In this document: positions 38,710 through 51,304 of the stretch, in pieces
How positions within the stretch are numbered: the stretch's first letter is position 1
How the letters are laid out: the number at the start of each line of letters is the position of its first letter
Source: Botryllus schlosseri
Lineage: Eukaryota
NCBI GenBank assembly: GCA_051294905.1
Contig: CM119372.1
Coordinates: 21,826,001-21,890,000 of the forward strand
DNA: 64,000 bases
Reading direction: 5' to 3'
Notes under the pieces: generated by a model
What the model saw: the letters and a program-made list of their open reading frames with translations, nothing else
Databases searched by the model: none
Told to the model about the DNA's origin: nothing
Made by a program: the position numbers and the translations under genes

Positions 38710-40276
38710 TAGGGCTCTTCAAAAATGACTTTTTTTCTCAAATCGAACTGGCTACTTGATAAATTTGTTAGGTAACCTAGTTTAAGCCTACATACCAAAT
38801 TTGGTACAATTCCAGCCAGTAGCCGCATTGCTACAGGAGAAGAAAGTTTCTATTTATTATATAAAAATAAACAGCAAAAAATTTGAAAATTTTCTGTTCA
38901 CCCCATGAAAGTGTTAGGTTGTGTATGGAAACGATGTTCACCAAATTTGGTTCAATTGCAACCGGTGGAAGCTGAGTTATTGCCGTCGAAAAAAATGGAT
39001 TATGAATAAAATAATATTTACGGTGACCAATTCTTTAATTATTATAGTGGTGCCCACCGTAAATACTATTTTATTCAAATCCAAATTTTTCGACGGCAAT
39101 AACCAGGCCGTGTTATTTTTGGCATTTCAGGAGCCAGATGCCAAAACTGCCAAAAATAAAAATTTGAAAATGCCAAAAATAACCAATTTTTGGCATATGC
39201 CAAAAATAACACGGCTTGCCAAATAGTGTGTTTCGTTCATGGTGTTGTGTTAACAGGACCGAATTACAAGCGAGAAGAGCGTGTGTGAAGGGCAGGTATC
39301 TTACTATATGGGTCCAGCCCACCCATTAGGGAGAAAGCATGGTGTCCTAAATGGTGTGGGCACAGCGAGATTGAACGGCTGACTGCACTTGGTTTACGTC
39401 ATACTTTCCATTCGTCCAAAGGCAATTTTACGGCCATTTTTGACCAGCTTGCCGAGCGCTAAATTTGATAAAACGGGTATCAATGGAAAGCTTCCGCTGT
39501 ATCTGATTACTAGAATATAAATTGTATTCTGCTCATGAATCTGGAACCCCCAAATTTCGTTGGGTGAAAAATTAATTCAGGAGAAACTTTGCTGACCTGA
39601 GTTTGGAAGCACTGTTACAGTGCAAACAATTTGAGTCTATTCAGAAGCGGTAACAATCAGGTGTTTATCGTGTATGTTAGGCTTCTCATTCTTTTTGCCT
39701 ATTGGCACCGATTCCGAATGGATACTGCACATTTTGTGGTTTCGTTTGATATTATGAACCTATGTAATCACTAGGTTTTTCCTTCTTATTATTGTTTGTT
39801 GGTACTGATTATTAGTGGATGCTGAACATTTTTTGGTCTCTTTTCATAAACTGACCCAAATAAAGCGTTTTCATGACTAATTCGAGTCTGAAAATATCTA
39901 TTTAGAGGTCGATGCCAAAACTGCCAAAAATAAAAATTGAAAAATGCCAAAAATAAGCTATTTTTGGCAGTTTTGGCATATGCCAAAAATAACACGGCCT
40001 GGCAATAACTCCTCTTCCACTGGTTGGAATTGAACCAAATTTGGTGAACATCGTTTCTATACACAACCTAACACTTTCATGAGGTGAACAGAAAATTTTC
40101 AAATTTTTTCCAATTTATTTTTATATAATAAATAGAAACTTTATTATCCTGTAGCAATGCGGCTACTGGTTGGAATTGAACCAAATTTGGTGTGTAGGCT
40201 TAAATTAGGTAACCTCACAATTTTATCAAGTAGCCAGTACGATTTGAGAAAAAAAAGTCATTTTTGAAGAGCCCTG
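38710..40276. mobile_element. Long-TIR MITE (TAGGGCTCTTCAAAAATGAC)
   Basis: Inverted arms of about 270 bp or more; TSD GTAAACAT/GTATACAT. Confidence 0.87.
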
Positions 40277-41154
40277 GTATACATAGCAATAGCATGAAGT
40301 AAAGTGCGGTCCCGTGTGGCTATGAAGTCATCGACAGACGACAAGAAGTGATTACACGTCACGGGACTTTGTATGCTCATACAAAATGACGGCTCCTTGC
40401 GACGGCAACGACCGAACCATTCGATAGTTTCCGTAGTCGAAGCCGGAGCTGGATCCGGAGCAGATGATATCAATGAGCTCCGGAGCTGGAGCCGGAGCTA
40501 ATTTATAATGGAAGAGAGCTCCGGAGCTGGAGCTGGAGCAGTTATAAATTTACGATTGCTCCGAAGCCATGCTTTCATGGCCGATAAAAGAACAATTTCC
40601 TTGTCGGCATGCCAGAATCTCACAGCCGGTTATGAATATTCCATGGTCGGCAATGGAAACCTTATTTTAATAGCTAGTCATAAATTAATATTAGTAGAGA
40701 GAGGGGTCGATTGGAGCAATGTGTGAGCAACATGTGTTGCATCAACAATGGCAGATGACGCGGGTTTCGACTCTACCAAACCGTTACGAGTCAAACGTTC
40801 GGCTGTTGCCACTCCTGGACAATTCCGCTGTAACGACGGCATTCCAAAAAGAAACATCGACGGAGTGAGCAGAGCTATAGCAATGAACACCCGCAGATAG
40901 ACGCGAGTAAAGACAGAATCAAGAAGGAAGTACACACTAAGGAATTAGAGCGGGGCAGGAACCGGAGCTGGGCTGCATCCGATCGGATTTTTTGACTTTT
41001 GACCTTAGCCGGATCCGAACTTCTTTGATACAGCCAGAATCGTTATTAAGGCTATTGATGAGCATGACTGTTGTAGATACCAACCATGCACGCCAGTAGC
41101 CGCTGACACAAACGCGTGTTCAATACAAACCTGTGAGTTTTTATTGCTTTTTAC

Positions 41155-42732
41155 TAGGGATGGTGTGAACCTATAGAAGGTTCAGGTTCGTGTGAACGCG
41201 AACCTTTTCGAAAGGCTCTGTGTGAATGCGAACGTGAACCTCATGACGTCACGTGACGATATATTGCCAATTCTACCCTGCATTTCAGTGAATTGATAGC
41301 CTTGTATAACATGTACAGTAGGGCTGTTCAAAAATAACTTTTTTTCCTGATTCCAGCCATTCACTGATTAAATTGTCAGGTTGCCACAACAAAGGCTGCA
41401 CACCAAATTTGGTTCAATTCGAACATGTCTAAGCGTCCGCAGAGCCAATTAAAATTTTTAATTTACTACGTGAAATTAAAAAAAAAAATTTCTCTCAACC
41501 CTATGAAAATGTTGAAATGTCTTCAAAGACCATGCAAATGAAATTTGAGTCAATTCCAACCAGTAGAAACGGAGTTACTTGAGTTTTTCGTTGATAATTC
41601 TCGGATTATCCACCAATCAAGGATAATTGGAGAATTATCAACGAAAAACTCCAATAACTCGACTTCTACTAGTCCGAACTGAGTCAAATTTTATTTGCAT
41701 CGTCTCTGAAGACAGCTCAACAATTTCATGGGGTTGACAGAAAAATTTGAATTTTTTTTTTTTTCAATTTTCCTGTATAAATTAAAAATTTTAATTGGAT
41801 CCGCGGAGTCCTATACTTGTTAGAATTGAACCAAATTTGGTGTGCAGCGTTTTTTAAGGCAACCTGACAATTTAATCACTGAATGGCTGGAACCGGAAAA
41901 AAAGTTATTTTTGAACAGCCCTAATGTACAGTTACACGCATGCCTAGCGACGACTCGGGCCACATAATTCCACAATGCTGAAGTACATATTGGCGTTTTA
42001 AACGTCGCCAAATGTATCAACTGGTACAATCAAATGATATAATAATCCCATAAAATCAATACCTTCCGCCGCTTTGTCAACAATTTCGATGATGACTTGC
42101 AAGGGAATATAAGCTTACGTCTAACGGTCTAGGCCAGACCGGACAATGTATTCGGCGTCTGCGTATTGCTACGTGGATATTGAGCAGAGTGTAAAACGGG
42201 TTTCTATACTTGCTACCGATATTACCCCATTATCAAGTTATACAGCAGTAGCAAACACCTCAATCGCACAGATTTGGTTTTTATGAAACAATAAACATAT
42301 GAAATCAAGATTGAATCCGTACGCCTGCTAGATTATTTACATCAGACAACGTCATCAATTTCATTGTTTGGTTTAATAAGCATCGTTCGCTGACTACCTA
42401 CATGTATTTCGCTCTTGATGTTGTGTGATGGCGGGTCAAGCTCACAGCAGAGAGTCACTAAATATTTACCGACGGGAAACTAGATGCATGCTCAAGCTGC
42501 ATGATCGTTTGGTGTTGATTGTTGTTTATGCTGCCAGCGCCATGCATACATAGAGTGGCCTTGAAATGCAATAAATTTCAACCAAAGATGTTATAATGAA
42601 GTGAAAATTGTAATATATGAAAAAGATTCACAGTGCAGAACCCACCAAGGTTCGTTTGTAAACCTGAACCTCTAAATTTCTGAGGTTCACACACAGAACA
42701 CGAACGTGAACCTCGCGATCACACCATCCCTA
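41155..42732. mobile_element. hAT-type MITE (TAGGGATGGTGTGA) hosting a palindromic MITE
   Basis: TIR TAGGGATGGTGTGA; GAACC subterminal motifs; TSD CTTTTTAC/CCTTGTAC. Confidence 0.78.
41319..41923. mobile_element. Fully palindromic MITE (TAGGGCTGTTCAAAAATAAC)
   Basis: Inverted arms of about 290 bp; perfect TSD ATGTACAG. Confidence 0.9.
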
Positions 42733-43347
42733 CCTTGTACCATAAGTATTCAAACTCGTACGGTATGATCTACTTTAATGTAGTTTACTATAGAAATAGG
42801 TACTCGCAGGTGATTATGTCGGGTCGGATATCGGTCATTTCAAGAATCTGGCCCAGGAGTCGGATCGGAGTCAAAATGTCATTAAACACATACTCAAAAA
42901 CGCGTATCCGTGGCCCACAAGGCCTAAATAATCGATATGCACCGCTCTTGTCGGTGTGTTGTACTATACCCACTACACCCACGTACATAAAGAAGTTGAA
43001 GCTGTTATATTTTTGCGAACAACAATATCCAATCTCTGCAATCTATAGGATCTCGACTTCAGAAAGTATTCGATAAAATTTCATCCAGTGGTCACGGCAA
43101 GTTGCTTCACACTGTAACAAGAAGAGTCGTTTAAACAAATGACCCGTGTAGGTGTTTGTGCGGTCATTTTTTTAACACATTGGGGTAAATGCTTATTATA
43201 AATTCCGGTAGAAGGACTCCGATCGTAATCGTACTGGCACTCCGATACGCAGTTTCCTGCCATGACAAACAATATGATTAGTGCTACACTTATCAATTTA
43301 GCTAGAAGGAGTGACTGTTAGTTAATGAAGTTTATATGAATTCATAA

Positions 43348-45268
43348 CACTGGTCAACAAAATAAAAAAAAGTTTTTAGGCAGAAAATCTGACAGCCTTT
43401 TCTGAAGTTTTTGAGGTTGCTTATTACAAATATCACATTAGTTTTGTCGGATTGGCTCTTTGTCAGAAGATATTTATATCCCTAGAGAAGCCCACAATTA
43501 CTATATTTACCCTGAAATATTTCACTAGGTAGAAAGAAAATCGTTGATTTTTCTAAATTTATACTGCGCATAAATATAAAATTGACTATGAAGAACCCTC
43601 ATGTCATTCTCAGTCATTCTATCAATATTAACATGACATGATGCGAAATATTTGTTTGTCAAAAAATGAGTTTGTCAAGCCTAAAAATTGTTCTTTTGCA
43701 CAACGGAATACATATTCTCCTGTATCAATTGGTCATTCTACCAAGATTAAAGAGGAGTATAAATCTATAAAATTTGTCTTTGAAAGGTTTAAAGGGGCAC
43801 TGCACTGTACAAATGATGTGGTCTCAAATTGAAGGACAAAACGAAAGAAAAATTTTGGCCGCAGCCGTTTTCTTCAGAACGCCACCGTAATGGAGCTGTA
43901 ATGCATTAAAATTTCCACAGATGCATCACGCTCCAGCAGTCACGCAGAGATCGAACTTTATATGGTTGTCAGCCGATGTTATGAAGGAAATATGTCGTAC
44001 ACGCCAAGGTGGTTTAGATACCGCGTTCAACAGAAGATGTCCAGTCAGAAGATTTATGTTAAAATCGGGCCTAGTGTATTCTATTTCCATCATAACATCG
44101 GCTGACAACTATATAAAGTTCGATCTCTGCGTGACTGCTGGAGTGTGATGCAACTGTGGAAATTTCAATACTTTACAGCTCCATTACGGTGGCGTTCTGA
44201 AGAAAACGGCTGCGGCCAAAATTTTTCTTTCGTTTTGCCCTTCAATTTGAGACCACATCATTTTTAGAGTGCAGTTCCGCTTTAACTACAATACTCATAT
44301 GCGTCTCATTTCTTTTGACTGGTAAATGGATAATTTTCCGATGAGTCAACAAAGTGGGTATACCTAGTAACCCTTTGGAACAAGAAGCTTAAATCTGGTA
44401 TCTGGTATATTCGAATACCGATGAAAGATTCCAATTTCACATTAGGAAGGAGTTCACTGCATGTAATTTCTCCTAAGATGTAGTAAATAAAACTTTTTAG
44501 ATGATCACAAAGCACCCAATTACAACTATTTGGTCCAAAAATTCGTATCTGCATATCGAAAACTTGAGCACGAACATGATCATAAAAGTTCACTTCCTGT
44601 TTAGTCATCTTGATATATTTCCTGATCACCTTGTTGATTAGCAAGGGGGGGGGGGTTCTACCAATACATCAGAACAACAAAAGACAGATATCAGTGCTGA
44701 TGAGATGAACAATTGAACATATTATGTCAGACAATTCTTGGAACCTTTCGAGAAATTGTCCTAAATAGGTTACAGGCGAAAATCGTACAAAAAACAATTG
44801 TGATTTAAAATATATTAATAATATTATATTCCAACTGATGATTTCAAATTTACAATAGATGGTCAATGTCAAACTGATTGAATTAATGCCACGTTATTTG
44901 AGTATATAGGTAAATACTTATATACATGACTGCAGTTTATTTATGTACATGATATCCGTGAAAGTCTGTAATTAAGATAAATCTGTTACCCCTAAGTATA
45001 GTATTGATGCTGTATTTTGATTTAAAAGAGTCTTCTGTGTGTAAAATTACCAAGTAGAGTGAATTTCGAAACTTTATAGTACGACTTGGCCGATTTTATA
45101 TCTAGTCATTACCGCGAAAATGGGAGATTTCGGTCAAAATAGCCCCATGGGTTATCCCCACAACAAGAGCCAATTTGAAAAAACTAAGGTCATATTCGGA
45201 ATCAGTGCCCTTCAGAACCCCCAAAACCACTCTTACTTTGTCTGCCTAAAAATATGTGTTGACCAGTG
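43348..45268 (+). mobile_element. Chapaev3-like DNA transposon, decayed
   Basis: CACTGGTCAACA...TGTTGACCAGTG TIRs, TAA TSD; remnant NTYSPVSIGHSTKIKEEYKSIKFVFERF|NYNTH split by a nested element. Confidence 0.78.
43793..44281. mobile_element. Palindromic MITE with TTAA TSD (Kolobok-like or piggyBac-like)
   Basis: TTAA|AGGGGCACTGCAC...GTGCAGTTCCGCT|TTAA; near-perfect inverted arms of about 215 bp. Confidence 0.85.
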
Positions 45269-45352
45269 TAATTAATGATGAAATTGTGATTGTAACGTAT
45301 AACAATCGCCATTTATTAAAACATTTATCTAAATTATTCAGTAGGAAATGAT

Positions 45353-45543
45353 CTAACATTGGCCAAAGCATTCCAGTTTTCCAATCGTATACCAAGCCAT
45401 CTCGTTGCCGCCACTCATATCGCCAACTTTGACTTCACGCAAAGGAAGTTTACTCTTATCAGTCAGATACCCATCATCAGATGCAATCGTGCTTTCGGAA
45501 TTCTGATCACAATTACATTTGTATGAATTGTCCAAACATGAAT
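45353..45543 (-). CDS. Caspr-type fibrinogen-like domain protein, terminal exon
   Basis: tcttttag|: SCLDNSYKCNCDQNSESTIASDDGYLTDKSKLPLREVKVGDMSGGNEMAWYTIGKLECFGQC*. Matches CNCD....D.G.L..K..LPV..V.VGD....G.L.C.G. AATAAA at about 45317-45312. Confidence 0.87.
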
Positions 45544-45651
45544 CTAAAAGACCAAGAAGAAGGCAATGCATTAGCCGACGAATGTCACGCAGTGGCGATG
45601 AAAATCGCACGAATTAGTTGGAATCGGTGGATAAAATCCCGATGTACTTAC

Positions 45652-45775
45652 TGCTTTCCCCGCATGCACAGTAACCACTCCGCGTTGCTCCTCCCCAGTA
45701 TGTCATCTTATCACCGTCCCTGGATACCCACCATGATACCTCGTTTCTTCGCAATTGTACGCCTTGACATCGGAG
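45652..45775 (-). CDS. Caspr-type fibrinogen-like domain protein, internal exon
   Basis: ccgcag|...|GTAAGT: LRCQGVQLRRNEVSWWVSRDGDKMTYWGGATRSGYCACGES; matches the Caspr motif WWV......YWGG......CACG. Confidence 0.87.
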
Positions 45776-45909
45776 CTGCGGACGGTTATAGAAGTCGGAA
45801 TGAAAAATATAAGGGTCACTAAAAATTCCAGTGATGCTGATGTTTTACACGTTAAGTTAAAACCCTTCACATCAGCGACGCTTTGCGCTCCCCTGTTGAG
45901 TGCACTCAC

Positions 45910-46067
45910 TTTAATATATTGCCTGCAGGACACTGAATTCTTTAAAATTTGCTCCAAGTCTTCTCCTTTCGCATCGTAATCTGGGGCAGCGCTGAAACAG
46001 CCATTAGATTCGCAACTTGAAAGAATTTTGGTCTCTATCATCCTGTCATGATGGACCTCCGTTGCGG
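45910..46067 (-). CDS. Caspr-type fibrinogen-like domain protein, internal exon
   Basis: tgtcatag|...|GTGAGT: AATEVHHDRMIETKILSSCESNGCFSAAPDYDAKGEDLEQILKNSVSCRQYIK; phases compatible with neighbours. Confidence 0.82.
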
Positions 46068-47495
46068 CTATGACAATGAAAATTTAATGTCATTTGAAAG
46101 GTTCTAGTTTCAAGGCGACGACATTCAATATGCAGACGGGGTTCACTGGGAGCTCGCTCTTCAAGGAGAGCTTAACAGACTCTAAGACTTCTGTTGATTG
46201 TATTCTTATTTCATTTAGATATAAGATTAGCCTTTTGGGAGTTGACTGTTGCTAGGAATGAAACAGCACTTCGTCAGCCACCCCCACCCCACCCATCAAA
46301 AGACGCTGGTGCCCCCTCCCATGCATAGGGTGCTAAGCCAAACTTCAGGGAGGCTTGGCCCCATACCCCCATAATTTGCATCATACCACTACGGTAGTGT
46401 TCTTGTTATCGGTGGTCGGCGTGCTATTGTTTAGCTACTCGCGCGAAAAAATTCATAGTTGAATTCGGCCAATGTAATTGGAATTGCAAATAATCCTGTC
46501 AATTTTTTAACTACTAGCCCACGTGCTCAGATTTACCGTTAATACCGACAGAATTGGTGTATTTGAAAATTTGAGGCCCGTATAGCTAATACTTACACAT
46601 CTGCGGGTAAGCCCGTTGATGTTATCAATTATTTTGATGTGTGCAAAAACTTCGTGACCTGCCGTCTGCTATATATAGTTAAATGATTTCGGAATCGCTG
46701 AAACGCAGCAGACCTAAAGAACTTCTTCCGTGCGACGCACACGTCTCAAAGTGGCATAACTTCACGGGGCGCATATTTGTTCCCTACGCGTGACATTTGT
46801 AATGTCGGGCTCAGATTGCCAGAATAAGAATATTAGGTGTGCGAACCTCAAAAATTTGGACAGATAGAGAGAGAGAAATACAGTCCAAAAGCATATCACA
46901 TGTCCGGTGTTGCAAGTATAGGCTATGACAAGGGAAGATCGATTCGATTTACTGGATTTCGGTTAAAAGACCAGAAGTAAATATACATTTACAGGGATCA
47001 TTTTCTCTCAATTGACATTGGCATAAAGACAAATCCACGAAAAAAAACTCGATTGGACACTACAAAGTGTGCACTGTACAGTTTACAGTACCTCCACACC
47101 CAAATGCAGGTGCTGAACTACGGGACCAATTTTGTTTCTACGAAATCTAGAATATTCCTTCATTATCATCATGCCATTGTGAATTTCAATCAAATTGTTT
47201 TCTTTAGTCTTTATTGATCTGACAGTTGGGGTAGTTGTAACTCGTGAGGGATGATGTGGGGCGTTTCTCAAGAAGCTCCACTACCACTATTCAACGAGGT
47301 GTTTCCAAAATGAAAACTTAGATTGTATAATACTACACATAACCTCGTTAACAAATGAATATTTTTACAAACTATATAGTTACTATATGTTCGAGTTAAT
47401 TATTGTCGCAATGAAACATCAAAATCATATGAATAAGCAGTTAAGCCTGCGTTACATTGTTTTGTTACGGAAACAACCAGATATAACATTCGTAC

Positions 47496-47621
47496 CCGGT
47501 GTCTGAGAAAAGTTACAGTAAACTCGAAATGGTGCAGAATCGGGGCGTTGAAATTCGTAGTAACCCGAATTCCTCGCGTTTGTCCGATATCGATCCTGTA
47601 TAGCTTGGCATGTGTAGATTC
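47496..47621 (-). CDS. Caspr/CNTNAP-type fibrinogen-like domain protein, internal exon
   Basis: ttttctag|...|GTACGA, 126 nt, phase 1-1: IYTCQAIQDRYRTNARNSGYYEFQRPDSAPFRVYCNFSQTP. Resembles the 'SC..Y...G..SG.Y.IDPDGSGP..PF.VYCN' start of this domain. Confidence 0.8.
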
Positions 47622-47779
47622 CTAGAAAAGGGTATTTAATAGACACGATGTAAATTCCAATCCGCTTAACTTGAGAGTTAAGTCTTAGTAGAAATATCGC
47701 TTTATGATGCCGTATGACAATCGCGATAGGAAATGATTGATTCTATTAAAGAATACTGATGAAAACATATTGATCACTT

Positions 47780-47916
47780 CCCTGCTGATCGCTTGGCATT
47801 CAATCATAGTGTTGGAGCGAACAACATCAACATCGTCTATATTTCGCAAAGAAAAAAGTTTAAAGCCGTTTTCAGTGTCTTCGTCCATATACACAGCGGC
47901 AGGAGACGAACATGGG
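47780..47916 (-). CDS. Probable upstream exon of the fibrinogen-like gene (3' boundary uncertain)
   Basis: aaatatag| then open frame PCSSPAAVYMDEDTENGFKLFSLRNIDDVDVVRSNTMIECQAIS; no phase-1 GT donor found. Confidence 0.4.
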
Positions 47917-48640
47917 CTATATTTAGACCATGGGTCTCATAACTCACACACGCGGCCCGGGAGATCATTTTGTGCGGCCCGCGTTGGTGTTTTTGGATTT
48001 TGAAGTATTCGACAATATTTAACTGCCACATATCTTTTTTGTTATTTGAGAACTTGAAATTAGCTCTAAATTTACTCCAAAACCTGAAACTACTCATTTA
48101 ACTTCACTATGACACATTCAAAAGTTACCATGAGGTGGAAGATCAGCTGTTATGTCACATTACCTGTTTATGATGGTAAAACATGACACGTTGATGATGC
48201 GGGTTTGAAAATTCTAATTTGGACTTGGGCACGACCTTTTGCAGAATTACTCGAACTCGGGCTAAATGGGTGATATAATAAAAATGACTCGAGTTGAGTC
48301 GGGTCAAATGTTACAATCGGAGAAGGACTTGTTTCTCGGAAATCCGTGACTTGGTACAACCACGGACGCAACAAACTATCAGACAGTTATGGGGAATAGT
48401 AATATATCAAAGGTCGTAGCTTGCGTTGCGTAAGGGTATTTAGCTATGTAAGCAGGTGGGTACGGCAATGGCAAGCATTGATATTCTGTTGCCCCTTGAT
48501 GTATAGTTAGTTACACCCTGCATCAACCTGGGTCCATGTTATTATCGCCAATTAAAGGTGGCGAGTAAGGTATAGTATTACGCTCCACAGCTGTAGGCCT
48601 ACCACCAATGGATTCTTCGGCGATTGAACAGTTCTATTAC

Positions 48641-49969
48641 CAGAGGTGGTCAGTAACGAAGTACTTCTACTTTTGCAAAGTACTCAAGTAGTTTTCCTCT
48701 ACTTCTGGTACTTACTCAAGTAGATCTGATTTTTGCTACTTCTAATTGTACTTCATAATATTTTTCGATCTACATACTTACTTTTCGCTATTTTCAGTTT
48801 GTCAAGTAGAAGTAGTTCAATCTTCCAATCAGGAAGATAGCGTGAGGAATTTTGGCGCTGTTTTCACGGAGTATATCGACATTTAATTTCCATAAAAGTT
48901 GAGTAAAGCCCAGAATTTTATTTGCGCTTCGCGCGCAGTGGATACGGCGTTGCCAGTATGATTTCACGAAAGTATCGATGAATATAATTAAGGTAGCAGG
49001 TTGGCGTGATTCCGTTCACACAGGGATATCTAGAACTAGATATCCCTGAGTTCACACCACATTGTCGCCTTTCGCCCATATGAAATAATTCATCGCAGTA
49101 TATATGGCTCATCATAACGTTTGAAACTGATGTTTCGCAATCTAGCATTTACTGGTCATATCGCATAATATGGCATGTCCATGGCGCTTCCTAACCTGGA
49201 AAAGTGAACTCTGACATTTTTTGTTAGTTTTAGCGCTGTTTCAGCATACCTCCTTTGAAACTTTCTGGACTTAAGGCATGAAAAACGTGTTCCACTTTTA
49301 GAACTAGTATTTATGTTTCATTTTCAATTCCCAGTATCATATACTTTGAGTTATAATTAATATCAGTTCTTTTGTATGGATAGCATACATGTTGAAGTAT
49401 GATAGCAAGTGTAGTAATGCCTTTAATTTCCGGAAATAAAGCTACACAATATGGCAATTTTACGGTCCACCATATTTTTTATTCACGTTTACTAATCGCG
49501 CAAAGTGTTTAGACCGTATCCTATACAACTTCTCCGTATTGCTCTTCGACTAACCTACGGACCTTATAATGGGGGATGGCGACATACCATGCTATTTTCT
49601 GAAACGTGCTGTTCGAGAAAACAGGATAAGTATCGCATTTCCATATCAATCCTATCATTTTCCTCCTATGATGTGGACGAATGCTTATGCTATCGAAAAT
49701 TAAATACCTGCTGGTATAAAGTGAATCAAGCTCGTCACCTTTCGCATAGCTAAATTTGCACCTTTATACAATCCACGAGAACAAATTAGGATCGTTTTCA
49801 CAACTACTTACTTACTTGAGTACTTTTAAAGACAGTCAATTCTACTTCTACTTCAAGTAGTTTTAGGTTGCTCATGGAAGAAGTACTTCTACTCGTACTT
49901 GAGTAGATTTTTTTCGTCGCTACTTCTACTTCTACTTGAGTAGCTTTCTTGACTACTTGATCACCTCTG
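48641..49969 (+). mobile_element. hAT-type MITE (CAGAGGTGGTCA family), full length
   Basis: Both termini present; collinear with 23159-24801 minus its insert. Confidence 0.85.
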
Positions 49970-51264
49970 CTTACTATATATTATTATACATGCGGTCTAC
50001 CTGAAATGATTATAAATGTCTATGTTGATTATATCCAGTGATGTGCAGTCAGGGGAGGCAAGTGAGGCACTGCCTCACCTGTCGCCTGGATGAGTAAAGC
50101 AAATTGTGAAACCCTTCAATGAATATTTGATATATACCCTCGATGTCCATGAATAACTAAATTTGAATATTTTTTTATCCAACATCACCAATTTTCATAT
50201 TTATTTTTCAAAAACACTGCGTGAAAGGAGGCGTGAGGCACGGGGGAGGCACGGGTGGGTCGTGCCTCACCTGCGACAATGCAATTCATCATAAACAGCT
50301 CAGAATTCGTGGTAACTGGTATTTATCAAATGCTATTGTCGCACCGATTCCGAAAATCCGAATATTAACCATCTTAGTGCACTGGAACCCCTCAAAATCG
50401 TCAAGGAATGTGAAATTCGGCTTGATTACGTACAATAGCAGCGCAGAAAAACAATAGCCAGGTGAGGCACAATCGAATTTGCCTCACTTACTATTCGCTA
50501 ACAATGGGACAATCGCAGCACAGTGAAACGCGCTATCGATTTCGGATTTCGGAAACAGAGAGTGTTGTATGAATTATATAGTAGCGATGGCCAATACGTT
50601 ATGCGGAGCAAATACATTCCCTTACTGATGTTGCTGTTATGTATTTTCCAGGTCAATATTCTATGTTTGATTCCATATCTGCCAACCTGTAGCACGGCCC
50701 ACTTTTAGTTTTTTGTAAGACACCGCTTACATGGAACAGATGGCGAGGTGTAGCCTCAAAAGCCTGCGTGTGAAGATGGCTAATGTGATAAGAAACAGGA
50801 TGCAAACTCAATCAGCTAACCTTCTAGGTTTTGTATATTTGCTAATCTTAATCCAAGAAAATCTGCATACCCAATCAAAATCATGAAACCAACCCTGGTT
50901 TTCCGCAGTCTGGACGATGTCTTCAACCTTCAACCGATGTTAGTGAATGACATATTTAGTTTTGTTGATACAGTGTCCATTTCAATCTTGTAAAAAAGGA
51001 GATTGGACAAACAAAGGGCAATAGAGAATATAAACCCGAAATTAGGACCTTAAATAAAATAATTTTAGGTTTTCCGTTTTATCGTTTTCGGTGAGAAATC
51101 TGTATTAAGTAACTAAATATTTCACTAATGGAAAAAATTTAAATATGTGCCGTAGAATGTAGAATTGCAACGGCTAACGGGGTGCAGAGAAAACGCTCTC
51201 GCCTACCGGCTTCTCTTTCTGCTGTTGTTATTCAATATTTGTGCATCGTTATTAGGTACTTTAC

Positions 51265-51299
<35 letters not shown>

Positions 51300-51304
51300 T
51301 GTGT
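51265..51304 (+). repeat. (GT)n microsatellite followed by poly-G
   Basis: About 20 GT units with one interruption. Confidence 0.95.

Noticed and set aside
40748..40900. Plus-strand peptide with LRVKRSAV (like IL-17 RLKRSAV) and PGQFRCNDG (LDLa-like)
   Set aside because: About 50 codons, between GGAGCCGGAGC MITE motifs, lacking the other Cys and any IL-17 motif; probably chance or transposase debris.
47083..47271. Intronic ORF with faint likeness to the EVHHDRM exon
   Set aside because: Similarity too weak and splice phase incompatible.
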